Source: an uncultured Actinomycetes bacterium
GTDB lineage: Bacteria; Actinomycetota; Thermoleophilia; Gaiellales; Gaiellaceae
Direction: 5' to 3'
Length of the DNA: 64,000 nt
Assembly (NCBI GenBank): GCA_963817105.1
Contig: CAWFNA010000001.1
Coordinates: forward strand, 66,711 to 130,710
Both the position numbers and the translations under genes were made by a program. Positions 16,413 through 26,018 of this stretch are shown in pieces; position 1 is the stretch's first letter; every line of letters begins with the position of its first letter. The notes below the pieces were generated by a model. That model was not told the DNA's origin, did no database searches, and saw only the letters and a list, made by a program, of their open reading frames with translations.

Positions 16413-18939
16413 ATGATCACGTCGGGCATGCGAGACGACCGCCCAAGCGGCACGGTCACTTTCCTCTTCACCGACGTCGAGGATTCGACGAAGCTTCTCG
16501 ACGAGCTCGGTGCGGAGGACTACGCGGAGGCGCTCGGCGAGCACCGACAGCTGATCCGCGAGGCCTGCGCTGACGGAGGCGGGGTCGAGGTCGACACCCA
16601 GGGCGACGCGCTCTTCCTGGCCTTCCCCACCGCGCCCGGCGCACTGAAGGCTGCTGCGGCCTTCACCGAGGCGCTCGCTCCAGGTCCCGTTCATGTACGA
16701 GTCGGCGTGCACACCGGGACGCCGCTTCGGACCGACGAGGGTTATGTCGGCGGCGACGTCCACCGCGCGGCGCGCATCGCCGCCTGCGGCCACGGCGGGC
16801 AGGTGCTCGTGTCGGCGTCGACTGCACAACTCGTCGAATTCGAACTCACGCGACCTTGGCGATCACCGGCTCAAGGACCTGTCCGCTCCCGAACGCCTGT
16901 ACCAGCTCGGCGAGCGCGAATTCCCGGCGCTCAAGTCGCTCTACCGCACGAACCTGCCGATCCCGGCCACGCCGTTCCAAGGAAGGGAGCAGGAGCTTTC
17001 CGAGGTGGTCGAGCGCCTGTCGAAAGACGATGCTCGCCTCCTCACGCTGACCGGGCCCGGAGGGACAGGGAAGACGCGGCTCGCCCTGCAGGCGGCGGGC
17101 ATGGCTTCGGAGGACTATCCCGACGGCGATCTTCTGGGTGCCGCTTGCGCCGCTTCGGGACCCAAGCCTCGTCCTCGCGACAGCTGGCCAGATACTCGGC
17201 TCGAAGAGCGCTCTCGCCGAGCACATCGCCGACCGGCGGATGCTCTGTCTGTTCGACAATTTCGAAGCAAGTCGTGGAGGCGGCAAGCGACCTCGCGGCA
17301 CTCGTCAGCTGCTTGCCCGAACCTCGACGTCCTCGTCACGAGCAGGGAGCGCCTGCGCGTCTCCGGTGAGCAGACCTACCCCGTGCCGCCGCTCGCCGAG
17401 TCAGATGGCGAGGCGCTCTTCGCCACGCGAGCCCGCGCCGTCGATCCCTCCTTCGTCCTGACCGACGCGGTACGAGAGCTGTGCCTGCACCTCGACGAGC
17501 TTCCGCTCGCCATCGAACTCGCCGCCGCCCGCACCGGCGCTCTTCAGCCCCGAGCAGGTGCTGGAGCGCCTCTCCGAGCGCCTCGACCTGCTGAGAGGCG
17601 GACGCGACGCCGATCCCCGCCAGCAGACGCTGCGCGCGACGATCGAGTGGAGCCACGACCTCCTCTCGGGGGAGGAGCAGCTTCTCTTCTCCCGCCTCGC
17701 CGTCTTTGCCGGAGGGTGCACGTACGAGGCTGCCGAGGAGATCGCGAGGCGCAGATCCTCGACACCCTGGAGTCGCTGCTCGACAAGAGCCTGGTCCGCA
17801 AGCGCGACTCGAAGCTCAAGCTCCGCTACTGGATGCTCGAGACGATCCGCGAGTACGCGGTCGAGCAACTCGAGGCGTCGGGAGAGGCCGACGAGCTACG
17901 TCGGCGGCACGCAGAGTGGTTTCTCGATCTGGCCGAGGAGGCCGAGCCCTATCTGCGCGAAGGCAGCCAGGAGTGGATAGCGCGCCTCGATGCAGAGCAC
18001 GACAACATGCGCTCTGCTCTCGATTTTTGTGGAGTCTCGCGCGAGGGTCAGCTCAGTATGAGGCTGACGGGCGCGCTGACGCACTTCTGGTTGGGCCGCG
18101 GCCACCTGAGTGAGGGCCGGCGGCGCTTGGAGGCTGCGCTCTCCTCTGATGCCCGTCCGACAACTGCCCGCAGCAAGGCGCTGACCGGAGCCTCGTTCAT
18201 GGCTCTACGGCTTGGAGACCATGAATCTGCCCGCGCCCGAGCGCAGGAGGCGCTTCGGCTGTATCGCGATCTCGACGATCCCTGGGGGGTTGCCTACGCG
18301 ACGATGACGGTCGGCGTCACATTCGCCGAGGCAGGCGATCTGGCAGCTGCCCGGCCGTTCTTGGAAGCGAGCATGCTCGCCTTTCGCGAGCTCGGCAATG
18401 AGTACTACACAGGAGTGGCGGCGGAGAACGTCGCCTGGGTCGTACATGGTCTTGGCGACAAGCATCGCGCGCGGGCGCTCCTCGAGGAAAATCTCGAACG
18501 AGCGCGTGCGCTCAACAATCGGCGCCACGAGATGATCGCGATCGACGGGCTGGCCATTTTCGCTCGTGACGACGGTCGGCTGGAGGAAGCCCTCTCGATG
18601 CTCGGGGAGGTCCTGAAATTCAGTCGGGAGCTGGGCGATCGCCTCGAGCTCGCGATCGGTCTCGGCAGCCTCGCGGAGGTGCTCGCTCTCGCTGGCGAGT
18701 CGTACAGGGCGGCTTGCTTGTTGGCGAGTTCGGAAGCTCTGACGGAGGAGATCGACGCAAGAACGCCATGGTGGGCAGCGGAGAGGAACGAGAAGACCGC
18801 TCGCGTGATCCGCGAGCGGCTCGACGAATACGTCTTCGATCAAGCCTGGGGGCAGGGTGCGAAGCTGAGCCTCGAGGAGGCGTGCGCACTCGCACTGGGC
18901 GAAGCTGAGCGGAACACAAACGCGAAGGGCGGCCCGTAG
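16413..18939 (+). pseudogene. adenylate/guanylate cyclase - NB-ARC/STAND ATPase - TPR protein with about 6 apparent frameshifts
   Basis: Cyclase domain: GTVTFLFTDVEDSTKL...GDALFLAF...GVHTGTP...GGDVHRAARI. Walker A: LTLTGPGGTGKTRLA. Then VLVTSRERL...LPLAIELAAAR and C-terminal TPR-like repeats. The pieces switch between the frames of ORFs 16413, 16693, 17138 and 17558 near 16850, 17130, 17270, 17300, 17550 and 17750. Confidence 0.8.
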
Positions 18940-18950
18940 CCGCCCCGCGT

Positions 18951-19033
18951 GCGCATCAGGCCTGCCGCGCTGAGTAGCGTGGATCAATAGGGCAGAACAG
19001 TCGGGTCGGGTGAGAACACGCTCGGCCAGCCGA
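18951..19033 (+). repeat. cassette-junction repeat, copy 6
   Basis: gcatcaggcctgccgcgCTGAGTAGCGTGGATCAATAGGGCAGAACagtcgGGTCGGGTGAGAACACGCTCGGCCAGCCGAGG. Core from 18970. It starts 12 nt after the stop of the cyclase-STAND gene. Confidence 0.75.
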
Positions 19034-19208
19034 GGTTCTTTGCGCTCGTAGAGTTCAGCCGATCTAATCGGTCAGAGAGGGAAGCCTGGCGAAACTACTA
19101 CAACCAGGTGAAGAGGTTAAGAGGGCGATCGTCGCGCGTATTCGGGGCGGCCAGGATCTCCTAGCCAAAGCTGAGATCGCTGAAAGGTCCGGAGGATATG
19201 AAGACTGG

Positions 19209-19814
19209 ATGGCTCTGTTCGCTCAATGGCGCGAAGCGACGGCCGCCGAGCTCACTGCACTCTATGAAGAGAGGGAGACAGCGCGGGAATTCACCGCTGT
19301 CACAGGGACGGCAGATCACTCATCCCCGCAGTTCACCTTTCCACACAGGAAGAGAGCGCTCGAGACGGGGCTCTTCTGGCTGGAGCGCCTGATTGACAGA
19401 CTTGAACTTGCGATCGTGGAATCGTCAGATGCCACGGCGATAGAGAGTTTGCATCCCGCGATCTCGTCTTCGTGCCGCAAGCTTTACGAGGACGGCGCTT
19501 ATGCAGAAGCAGTCGAAAAGAGCTTCAAGATAGTTCGCGACAGGCTTCGTATTCTCACAACCTACGAGACCGGATCGGATGCCTTTGGCAAGGGCAACCT
19601 CTACGTAGACGGGGCGGCAGCTCAGCATGTCGATGGAGATTTCCAGGCTGGCGTGAAGTTTCTGACGATGGCGATCGATCGCTTCCGTAACGAAAAGGTC
19701 CACACCGCGGATGGAAACATCAGCGATCCGATCCGCGCCTATGAGTACCTGCGTCTCAGCAGCCTTGCCATGCATCTCCTCGAGAGGGCTCAGAGCCGCC
19801 CCTCAGCATCGTAG
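19209..19814 (+). CDS. TIGR02391 (Hypoth_ymh) family protein
   Basis: The C-terminal ~125 aa (LHPAISSSCRKLYEDGAYAEAVEKSFKIVRDRLR...FLTMAIDRFRNEKVHT...AYEYLRLSSLAMHLLERA) fit the TIGR02391 pattern. The gene lies in a visibly lower-GC patch. Confidence 0.65.
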   Translation: MALFAQWREATAAELTALYEERETAREFTAVTGTADHSSPQFTFPHRKRALETGLFWLERLIDRLELAIVESSDATAIESLHPAISSSCRKLYEDGAYAEAVEKSFKIVRDRLRILTTYETGSDAFGKGNLYVDGAAAQHVDGDFQAGVKFLTMAIDRFRNEKVHTADGNISDPIRAYEYLRLSSLAMHLLERAQSRPSAS

Positions 19815-19950
19815 AGTGATGTGCTCAACCCCTTGCCTGGTGGCCTAAAGCCCTGTCCTGTCGAGCGTTCGGCGCCGTCGGTCGTCTTTCGCTGGTAGTC
19901 ACTACGCTGAGCCTGCAGAGGCGCCGTCCTCGAGCGACATTCGCGCACTC

Positions 19951-19995
19951 AATGGCCGGCGCACGTCAGGCCGCCACCGTCTGAGCGGCTGGTTC
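19951..19995 (+). repeat. cassette-junction repeat, copy 7 (degenerate, terminal)
   Basis: aatggccggcgcacgtcaggccgccaccgtCTGAGcggctgg resembles the left half of copy 4 (cacgtcagggcgctaccgcCTGAGTAGCGTGG). It overlaps the stop of the PaaK-like fragment. Confidence 0.3.
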
Positions 19996-20975
19996 AGGCC
20001 CGTGCGGCGCGCTTGACGAGTTTGAGCCTGGCGGCGTGCCCGCTCTCGCGCTCGATCTCCGGCACCGTGACGACCTCGATCGGCGGCGGGACGGCTCCGG
20101 AGGATTCGAGCACGTCGAGCACCGCGGCCCGCACCCGCAGAGGAGTGTCGGCGGCCGAGTCGCGCGGGACGATCCGGATCTCCAGCCGCCCGTCGTGCTG
20201 GACGACCTGGTACTGACGGAGCTCGGCGAGGCAGGCGAACGGCTCCCGGAGGCGGTAGGGATGGACGGCGACCTCGCCCCCGCGCGCGCCCGGGAAGCGG
20301 AGGATGTCGTCGCTCCGCCCCTCGACCGCGGCGATGCTTCGATACGGCAGGGGGCTCGCGTGCGTGTCGCCGGCGAGCATGACCGAGTCGGAGAGCTCGT
20401 AGCGGATCAGCGGCTGCGTCCGGTTGACGAGATTGGTCACGAGCACCTTGAAGCCCGGGACGCCCGGCGGGACGGGCCGGTTGCTCTCGTCGACGACCTC
20501 GACGATGGAGAGGTCCTCGTAGAGGTCGAGCTCCCGTCGCGGCGGCGTGCTCGTGGCGATGTACAGCGTCTCGGTCGACGCGTAGACCTCGACGGGCACG
20601 ATCCCCCAGGCGTCTCCGATCCAGCCGCGCGCCTCGTCGGTCAGGACCTCGCTGCTGACGCCGACGATCCGCGGCGCGATCCGAAGCCGTCCCTCGAGCT
20701 GCTCCTGCGCGAGCAGCGCCGCGACGCTCCGTAGGTGAGGACGGCCGCGGGCTGGTACTCGTTGAGCGAAGCCACGGTCTCGTCGAGCGGCGTCGAGACG
20801 GAGAGCACCGGGGCTCCGGACCGGCCGGAGCGAAAGGCGGCGAACAGCTCTCGCGTGATGTGGAGCGGGTTCGGGGCGCTGATCGCCGCGAGCCGCGTCT
20901 CGGGGGTGAGGCCGACGCGCGCGAACAGGCGCAGCGAGACGGCGACCTTGCCATGTCGGTGTCGTGGGTCGAGGC
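19994..20975 (-). pseudogene. phenylacetate-CoA ligase/F390-synthetase-like adenylate-forming enzyme, 5'-truncated, with one frameshift
   Basis: ORF 19994..20599 gives the C-terminal half (VEVYASTE...). Upstream in another frame it reads KVAVSLRLFARVGLTPETRLAAISAPNPLHITRELF...LNEYQPAAVLTYG / SVAALLAQEQLEGRLRIAPRIVGVSSEVL, with a shift near 20735. The N-terminal ~130 aa, including the adenylation P-loop, are missing, and the fragment abuts the TetR stop. Confidence 0.65.
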
Positions 20976-20986
20976 GGGGGCTGTGG

Positions 20987-21588
20987 TCATCTCGTCAGTC
21001 CAATCGCGATGGCGGTGTGCATCTCCTCGAACAGGTCCGCGGAGACGGAGGAGGGGTCGAGCAGGCGGTCGAGCGCCATGCCGCGCGCGAGCGCGTTTGA
21101 GCCGCGGGCGATGTCCTTCGTCGGGATCGCGAAGGTGACCCCCTGACGGGCGCCGAGCTCGTCGATCAGCCCGGCGATGATGGTGAAGAAGCGCTCGCGC
21201 CGCTCGGCGACGGCGGTCCGGAGCGCCGGGCGCCGCGACGCGTGCGCCCAGAACTCGAGCAGGAGCGGCGTCCAGCGCGGCTCGCCCTCGTCCGCCGCGA
21301 CCATGGACCGCGCGACCGCGCGGTAGCTCGACTCGAGGTCCTTCTCGTCGAGCAGGACGTCCGCGAGGATCCACGCCCGCCGCTCGAACTGGGCGTCGAG
21401 GACGGCGAGGAACAGCTCGTCCTTGCCCGCGAAGTTGGAGTAGACCGCGCCCTTCGAATACCGGCGCGCTCCGCGATCTCGTCGAGCGACGCGCCGTGGA
21501 GGCCGCGCTCGAGGAAGACCTCGAGGGCGGCGGCGACGAGGCCGCCACGCGTCTGCTCGCGGCGTTCCGCGTGGGTCAGGCGACCCAT
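20987..21588 (-). pseudogene. TetR/AcrR-family transcriptional regulator with one apparent frameshift
   Basis: MGRLTHAERREQTRGGLVAAALEVFLERGLHGASLDEIAERAG (ORF 21166..21588) continues as SKGAVYSNFAGKDELFLAVLD... in the frame of ORF 20987..21895. The shift is near 21455. Confidence 0.8.
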
Positions 21589-21591
21589 TTG

Positions 21592-21623
21592 AATACCAAG
21601 AGTATTTCCATACGCTCAGTATC
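21592..21623. promoter_or_regulatory. two tandem ATAC-N5-GTAT palindromes (candidate TetR operators)
   Basis: AATACcaagaGTATT (21592-21606) and CATACgctcaGTATC (21609-23), with centres 17 bp apart, in the AT-rich gap between the TetR start and the 21698 gene. Confidence 0.5.
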
Positions 21624-21697
21624 TTTAGCGGTTTGCGAGGAACTCTGTCAAGCCTCGCGACCCGGGGCCAGGCGCGGGTGGCTGTAGGCTGCCGCGC

Positions 21698-21913
21698 GTG
21701 ATCCCGTGGATCATCATGGCCGTGATCGCCGTACCGCTCGTCGTGGTCGCCTTCATCGCGTCGCGTCGCAAAACGGCCTCGGGCGAGCTGTCCGCAAGTA
21801 CGGACGCGGACGAAAGAGCGCGAGTCGAGCAGGAGTTCGCCGAGGCCGAGGCGTACGAGGCGGAATGGCGCGAGGAGGACAAGGAGCGGTACCACCAGGA
21901 GCGCTTGCCCTAG
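21698..21913 (+). CDS. hypothetical small membrane protein
   Basis: 71-aa ORF. It has an N-terminal TM (IPWIIMAVIAVPLVVVAFIA) followed by an acidic coiled tail. Confidence 0.4.
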   Translation: MIPWIIMAVIAVPLVVVAFIASRRKTASGELSASTDADERARVEQEFAEAEAYEAEWREEDKERYHQERLP

Positions 21914-21953
21914 TCCGCGCAGAGCGCTTAGCCGGCCCGAGGACGGTTGAGCG

Positions 21954-23279
21954 ATGACACCCGCTCCCTCACCACCGCCTGGGGCTTCTCCCGATCCGGC
22001 AGAGCTCCTCAGGAGCCGCAGCTACATGGCGCTCCTGGCATTCGGCGCCGTCATCGGCGTGCCGGTGGCGACGGTTGCGTTCTTCTTCCTCAAGGGGGTG
22101 GACGAGGCTCAGCGTTACCTCTTCGCAACGCTTCCCGGGGAGCTGGGGTTCGACGGGCAACCGAGCTGGTGGCCGATACCGCTGCTTGCCCTGAGCGGGC
22201 TGGTGGTAGCGCTCACGATCCGGCACCTGCCGGGGACGGGAGGGCACAAGCCGGCGGAGGGGTTCAAGGCATCCGGGCCCGTGCCGCCGATCGAGCTCCC
22301 CGGGATCGTCATTGCAGCGTTCGCCACGCTCAGCCTCGGGGTCGTCCTCGGCCCGGAGGCGCCTCTGATCGCGATCGGCAGCGGCCTCGGAGTCCTCGCC
22401 GTCCACCTGCTCAAGCGCGACGCGCCTCAGATGGCCAGTGTCGTGATCGGCGCCGCCGGGAGCTTCGCCGCGATCAGCACGCTCCTCGGCTCGCCTCTTC
22501 CGGCCGCGTTCCTGATGATGGAGGTGGCCGGGATCGGCGGCGCGATGCTCGGAGTGGTGCTCGCGCCCGGGCTGCTCGCTGCCGGTGTCGGCTCGCTGAT
22601 CTTCATCGGGCTCGACAACTGGACCGGCTTCAGCACCTTCTCGCTCGCAGTCCCGGACATCCCTCCGGCCGGCAGCCCCGGTGTGTCCGAGTTTCTGTGG
22701 GCGCTCGCGATCGGCGTCATCGCGGCAATCCTCGGCGCCGGCATCAAGTGGCTGGCGCTGGCGCTTCAGCCGATCGTCGAACGCCGAAGCGTGCTACTGA
22801 CACCCGTTGTCGGCGTCGCGATCGGCGTTGTCGTCCTGATCTTCGTCGAAGTAACGGGGAGAAGCTCCGCCGAGGTGCTCTTCTCGGGACAGAATCAGCT
22901 CCCGGGCCTGATCGAAGGCGCCGCCGGCTGGACCGTGGGCGCGCTCCTGATGATCGTCCTCTGCAAGGGCCTCGCGTACAGCTTCTCGCTGAGCAGCTTC
23001 CGAGGCGGCCCCATTTTCCCGAGCATGTTCATCGGCGCCGCCGGCGGCATTGCGCTCTCCCACCTTCCCGGCCTGCCGATGATCGCGGGTGCCGCAATGG
23101 GTATCGGCGCGCTGATGGTCGCAATGCTGGGACTGCCGCTCACGTCCGTTCTCATCGTGAGCGTGCTCCTCGAGGCCGACGGCCTGACCCTGATGCCGCT
23201 CGTGATCGTCGCCGTCGTGGTCTCCTACGTCGTCTCGGCCCGGCTCCGTCCTAGCCCCGTCTCCGCGGCACCCTCGTAG
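21954..23279 (+). CDS. ClC-family voltage-gated chloride channel/antiporter
   Basis: 441 aa with 10 or more TM helices. It carries the selectivity-filter-like motifs GPEAPLIAIGSGLG and GGPIFPSMFIGAAGG. Confidence 0.8.
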   Translation: MTPAPSPPPGASPDPAELLRSRSYMALLAFGAVIGVPVATVAFFFLKGVDEAQRYLFATLPGELGFDGQPSWWPIPLLALSGLVVALTIRHLPGTGGHKPAEGFKASGPVPPIELPGIVIAAFATLSLGVVLGPEAPLIAIGSGLGVLAVHLLKRDAPQMASVVIGAAGSFAAISTLLGSPLPAAFLMMEVAGIGGAMLGVVLAPGLLAAGVGSLIFIGLDNWTGFSTFSLAVPDIPPAGSPGVSEFLWALAIGVIAAILGAGIKWLALALQPIVERRSVLLTPVVGVAIGVVVLIFVEVTGRSSAEVLFSGQNQLPGLIEGAAGWTVGALLMIVLCKGLAYSFSLSSFRGGPIFPSMFIGAAGGIALSHLPGLPMIAGAAMGIGALMVAMLGLPLTSVLIVSVLLEADGLTLMPLVIVAVVVSYVVSARLRPSPVSAAPS

Positions 23280-23288
23280 GCAGCCGGA

Positions 23289-24458
23289 TCACCGCGCACG
23301 AGCCACTCCGAACGACGCGAATCCCATGACCAGAGCAACGATTGCACTGAACCCGTAGACGGTGGGCAGCGACACGCCGTGGTCGAGCAGCGGCCCGACC
23401 CCGAACGCGGCGATCCCGTAGCCCAGCTGGTAGAAGGCGATCACTCCGCCGGCGACCGCGGCGGCCATCGTCGGCGAGCTCCTTCTCGCCGAAGCCGATC
23501 GTCAGCGGAAGGAGGGCGGAGCAGCCGAGCCCCGCGACGCCGAACGCCACGATCCCGGCGGCGGTGGCGTCGTCCGGTAGGAGGGCGATCACCACGAAGG
23601 TTGCGGCAAGCAGGAACGGCAGGACGCGGTACGTCGTGCGCACGGGCAGCCAGCGCTCGACGGCGGCGCTGAGGACGCGTCCGACCGTGACCATCGTCCA
23701 GAACGCGGTGAGCGCGATCGCAGCCTGCGTCGTCGAGGCGCCGAGCTCGCTCGTCATGTCGAGCTGCGACCAGTTGCCGTTGACCGTCTCGCAGAAGCCA
23801 TAGAGCACGGCGAAGGCGGCGAACATCCAGAAGCGAGTCGGGGATGCCCGCCGTCCTCGACGAGCGCGGGCGCGTCCGTACGCAGCGGGAGGCCGAGGCT
23901 CCGAACGAGAAGCGCGGTGAGGAGGATCGCCGACAGCACCGGGAGGCCCCACCAGAAGCCGAGCCCCACGAAGATCGCGACGAGCACCGGCGCGAATGCC
24001 GTGCCAAGCCCGAGCAGCGCGTTGAGGACGAGGACAGACGATTCGACCGCGGCGGGATGGAAGGCCGCGGTCAGGGTGTTCAGGGACGGCACTGTGAGGC
24101 CGAACCCGACGCCGAGGAACGCCGTGGCGACGAGCAGGAGCGGGAAGGCGACGGACGTGTCGTCCTCGACGAACGTGCTGGAGATCAGCAGCAGCATCGA
24201 GACGAGGCTGCAGACGAGGCCGGCAAGGTAGACCCGCTTCGTGCCGAAGCGGCCGCCGAGCGACGCCCCGAGCAGCGACGCGGCGATCGCAGTCGCGACC
24301 TGGGGCAGGAACAGGACGCCGTACTGCGTGTTCGACAGGTCGTACCGGTCGGGGTCGGTGAAGATCGTGCTGGCGGCCGGGAACGTGACCAGCACGATCC
24401 CCTGCGCGGCCCCCGCCGCGTAGACGACGGACGTCTCGGCGCGTGACGCGATGGCCAC
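23289..24458 (-). pseudogene. MFS transporter with two apparent frameshifts
   Basis: N-terminal 6 TM in ORF 23754..24458. It continues as FWMFAAFAVLYGFCETVNGNWSQL...LPLTIGFGEKEL in the frame of the long 23251..26250 ORF, then as SPTMAAAVAGGVIAFYQLGYGIAAFGVGPLLD...SFGVARAR* in a third frame, with the stop at 23289-23291. Confidence 0.7.
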
Positions 24459-24491
24459 CTCGGCGAGTTTCTCGCATCGGTGAGATTCGCG

Positions 24492-24512
24492 GGTTCACCC
24501 GGTCTGGGTGAA
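24492..24512. promoter_or_regulatory. candidate operator GTTCACCC-ggtct-GGGTGAAC
   Basis: Perfect 8-bp inverted repeat in the divergent MFS/zwf intergenic region. Confidence 0.4.
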
Positions 24513-24591
24513 CAGCCCTCGGCGACGCTCCGGGAGAGTGGTCGACTCTGCCCACACGCGGGACCGCGCTGAGGCGACGAAAGGGGAACGA

Positions 24592-26018
24592 GTGACCGCT
24601 GACGCACCCACCACGGCCCAGACGGGTCAGCCACCAAAGCTCGAAGGCCGCCCTGCCGACCGCCTGGTGGTCTTCGGGATCACGGGCGACCTGGCGAAGG
24701 TCATGACGTTCAGGTCGCTCTACCGGCTGGAGCAGCGCGGCCTGCTGGATTGCCCGATCCTCGGCGTGGCGGTCGACGACTGGTCCGTCGACCAGCTGAT
24801 CGAGCGTGCCCGCGAGTCGATCGTGGGCACCGGCGAGCAGCTCGACGAGGACGTCTTCAAGCGCTTCGCCGCGCGCCTGTCGTACGTCGCGGGGGATTTC
24901 GGCGACGCCGCCACGTACGAGCGGGTCGCGGACGCGATCGGGGACGCGAGCCTGCCGGTCTTCTACCTCGAGATCCCGCCGTTCCTGTTCGGCAGGGTCA
25001 TCCAGGGTCTCGCGGAGGCCGGGCTGACCAAGTCGGCCCGCGTCGTCGTCGAGAAGCCGTTCGGGCACGACCTCGAGTCCGCGCGCGCGCTCGCGGACGA
25101 GATCCACGCCTACATCGACGAGTCGCAGCTCTTCCGGATCGACCACTACCTCGGGAAGATGGGCATCGACGAGATCGTCCATCTGCGGTTCGCGAACTCG
25201 ATGCTCGAGCCGATCTGGAGCCGCAACTACCTGTCGTCGGTCCAGATCACGATGGCGGAGGACTTCGGCGTCGAGGACCGCGGCCACTTCTACGATCCGG
25301 TCGGCGCGCTGCGCGACGTGGTCGTCAACCACCTGATGCAGGTGGTCTCCCTCTGCGCGATGGAGGCGCCGGCACGCGGCGACCCGCAGACGATCAAGGA
25401 CTCCCAGATCGCGCTCTTCCGCGCCGTCAAGGAGGCCGACCCGGCGCACTACGTCCGCGGCCAGTACGACGGCTACCGCTCGATCGACGGCGTCGCGCCG
25501 GACTCGAGCACCGAGACGTTCGTCGCCCTGCGGCTCGAGATCGAGAACTGGCGCTGGGCCGGCGTGCCGTTCTTCATCCGCGGCGGCAAGCGCCTGCCCG
25601 TCACCCAGACCGAGCTCCGGCTCGTGTTCAAGCATCCACCGCGGCTCGGCTTCGCGGCGTTCGACCGGGACATCGAGCCGAACCAGCTCGTCGTCAAGCT
25701 CGACCCGTCGACCGGCGTGCGGCTCGAGCTCGACGCGCACCGGGCGGACGGGCCCGGCCCGATCGAGCTCGACATGGAGTTCTCCGCGGAAGGCGGCGAG
25801 GGCGCCACGCCGTACGAGGTGCTGCTCCACGCCGCGCTGGTCGGCCAGAGCATCCGCTTCACCCGACAGGACGCGGTCGAGGAGCAATGGCGGGTCTTCC
25901 AGCCGCTGCTCGACGCACCGCCGCCGGTGCACCCGTACGCGCCGGGATCGTGGGGGCCCGAGGCGGCGAACGAGCTGGTCTCCGGTCACGGGCGCTGGCA
26001 CGGCCCCTGGATCGCCTC

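Noticed and set aside
11173-19988. Calling the junction repeats canonical integron attC sites.
   Set aside because: - I could not find properly spaced, complementary R''(RYYYAAC)/R'(GTTRRRY) pairs.
- Only copy 3 has a perfect GTTAGGT.
- The conserved part is the centre rather than the ends.
- No intI, attI or Pc is visible.
- They are therefore reported only as attC-like in arrangement.
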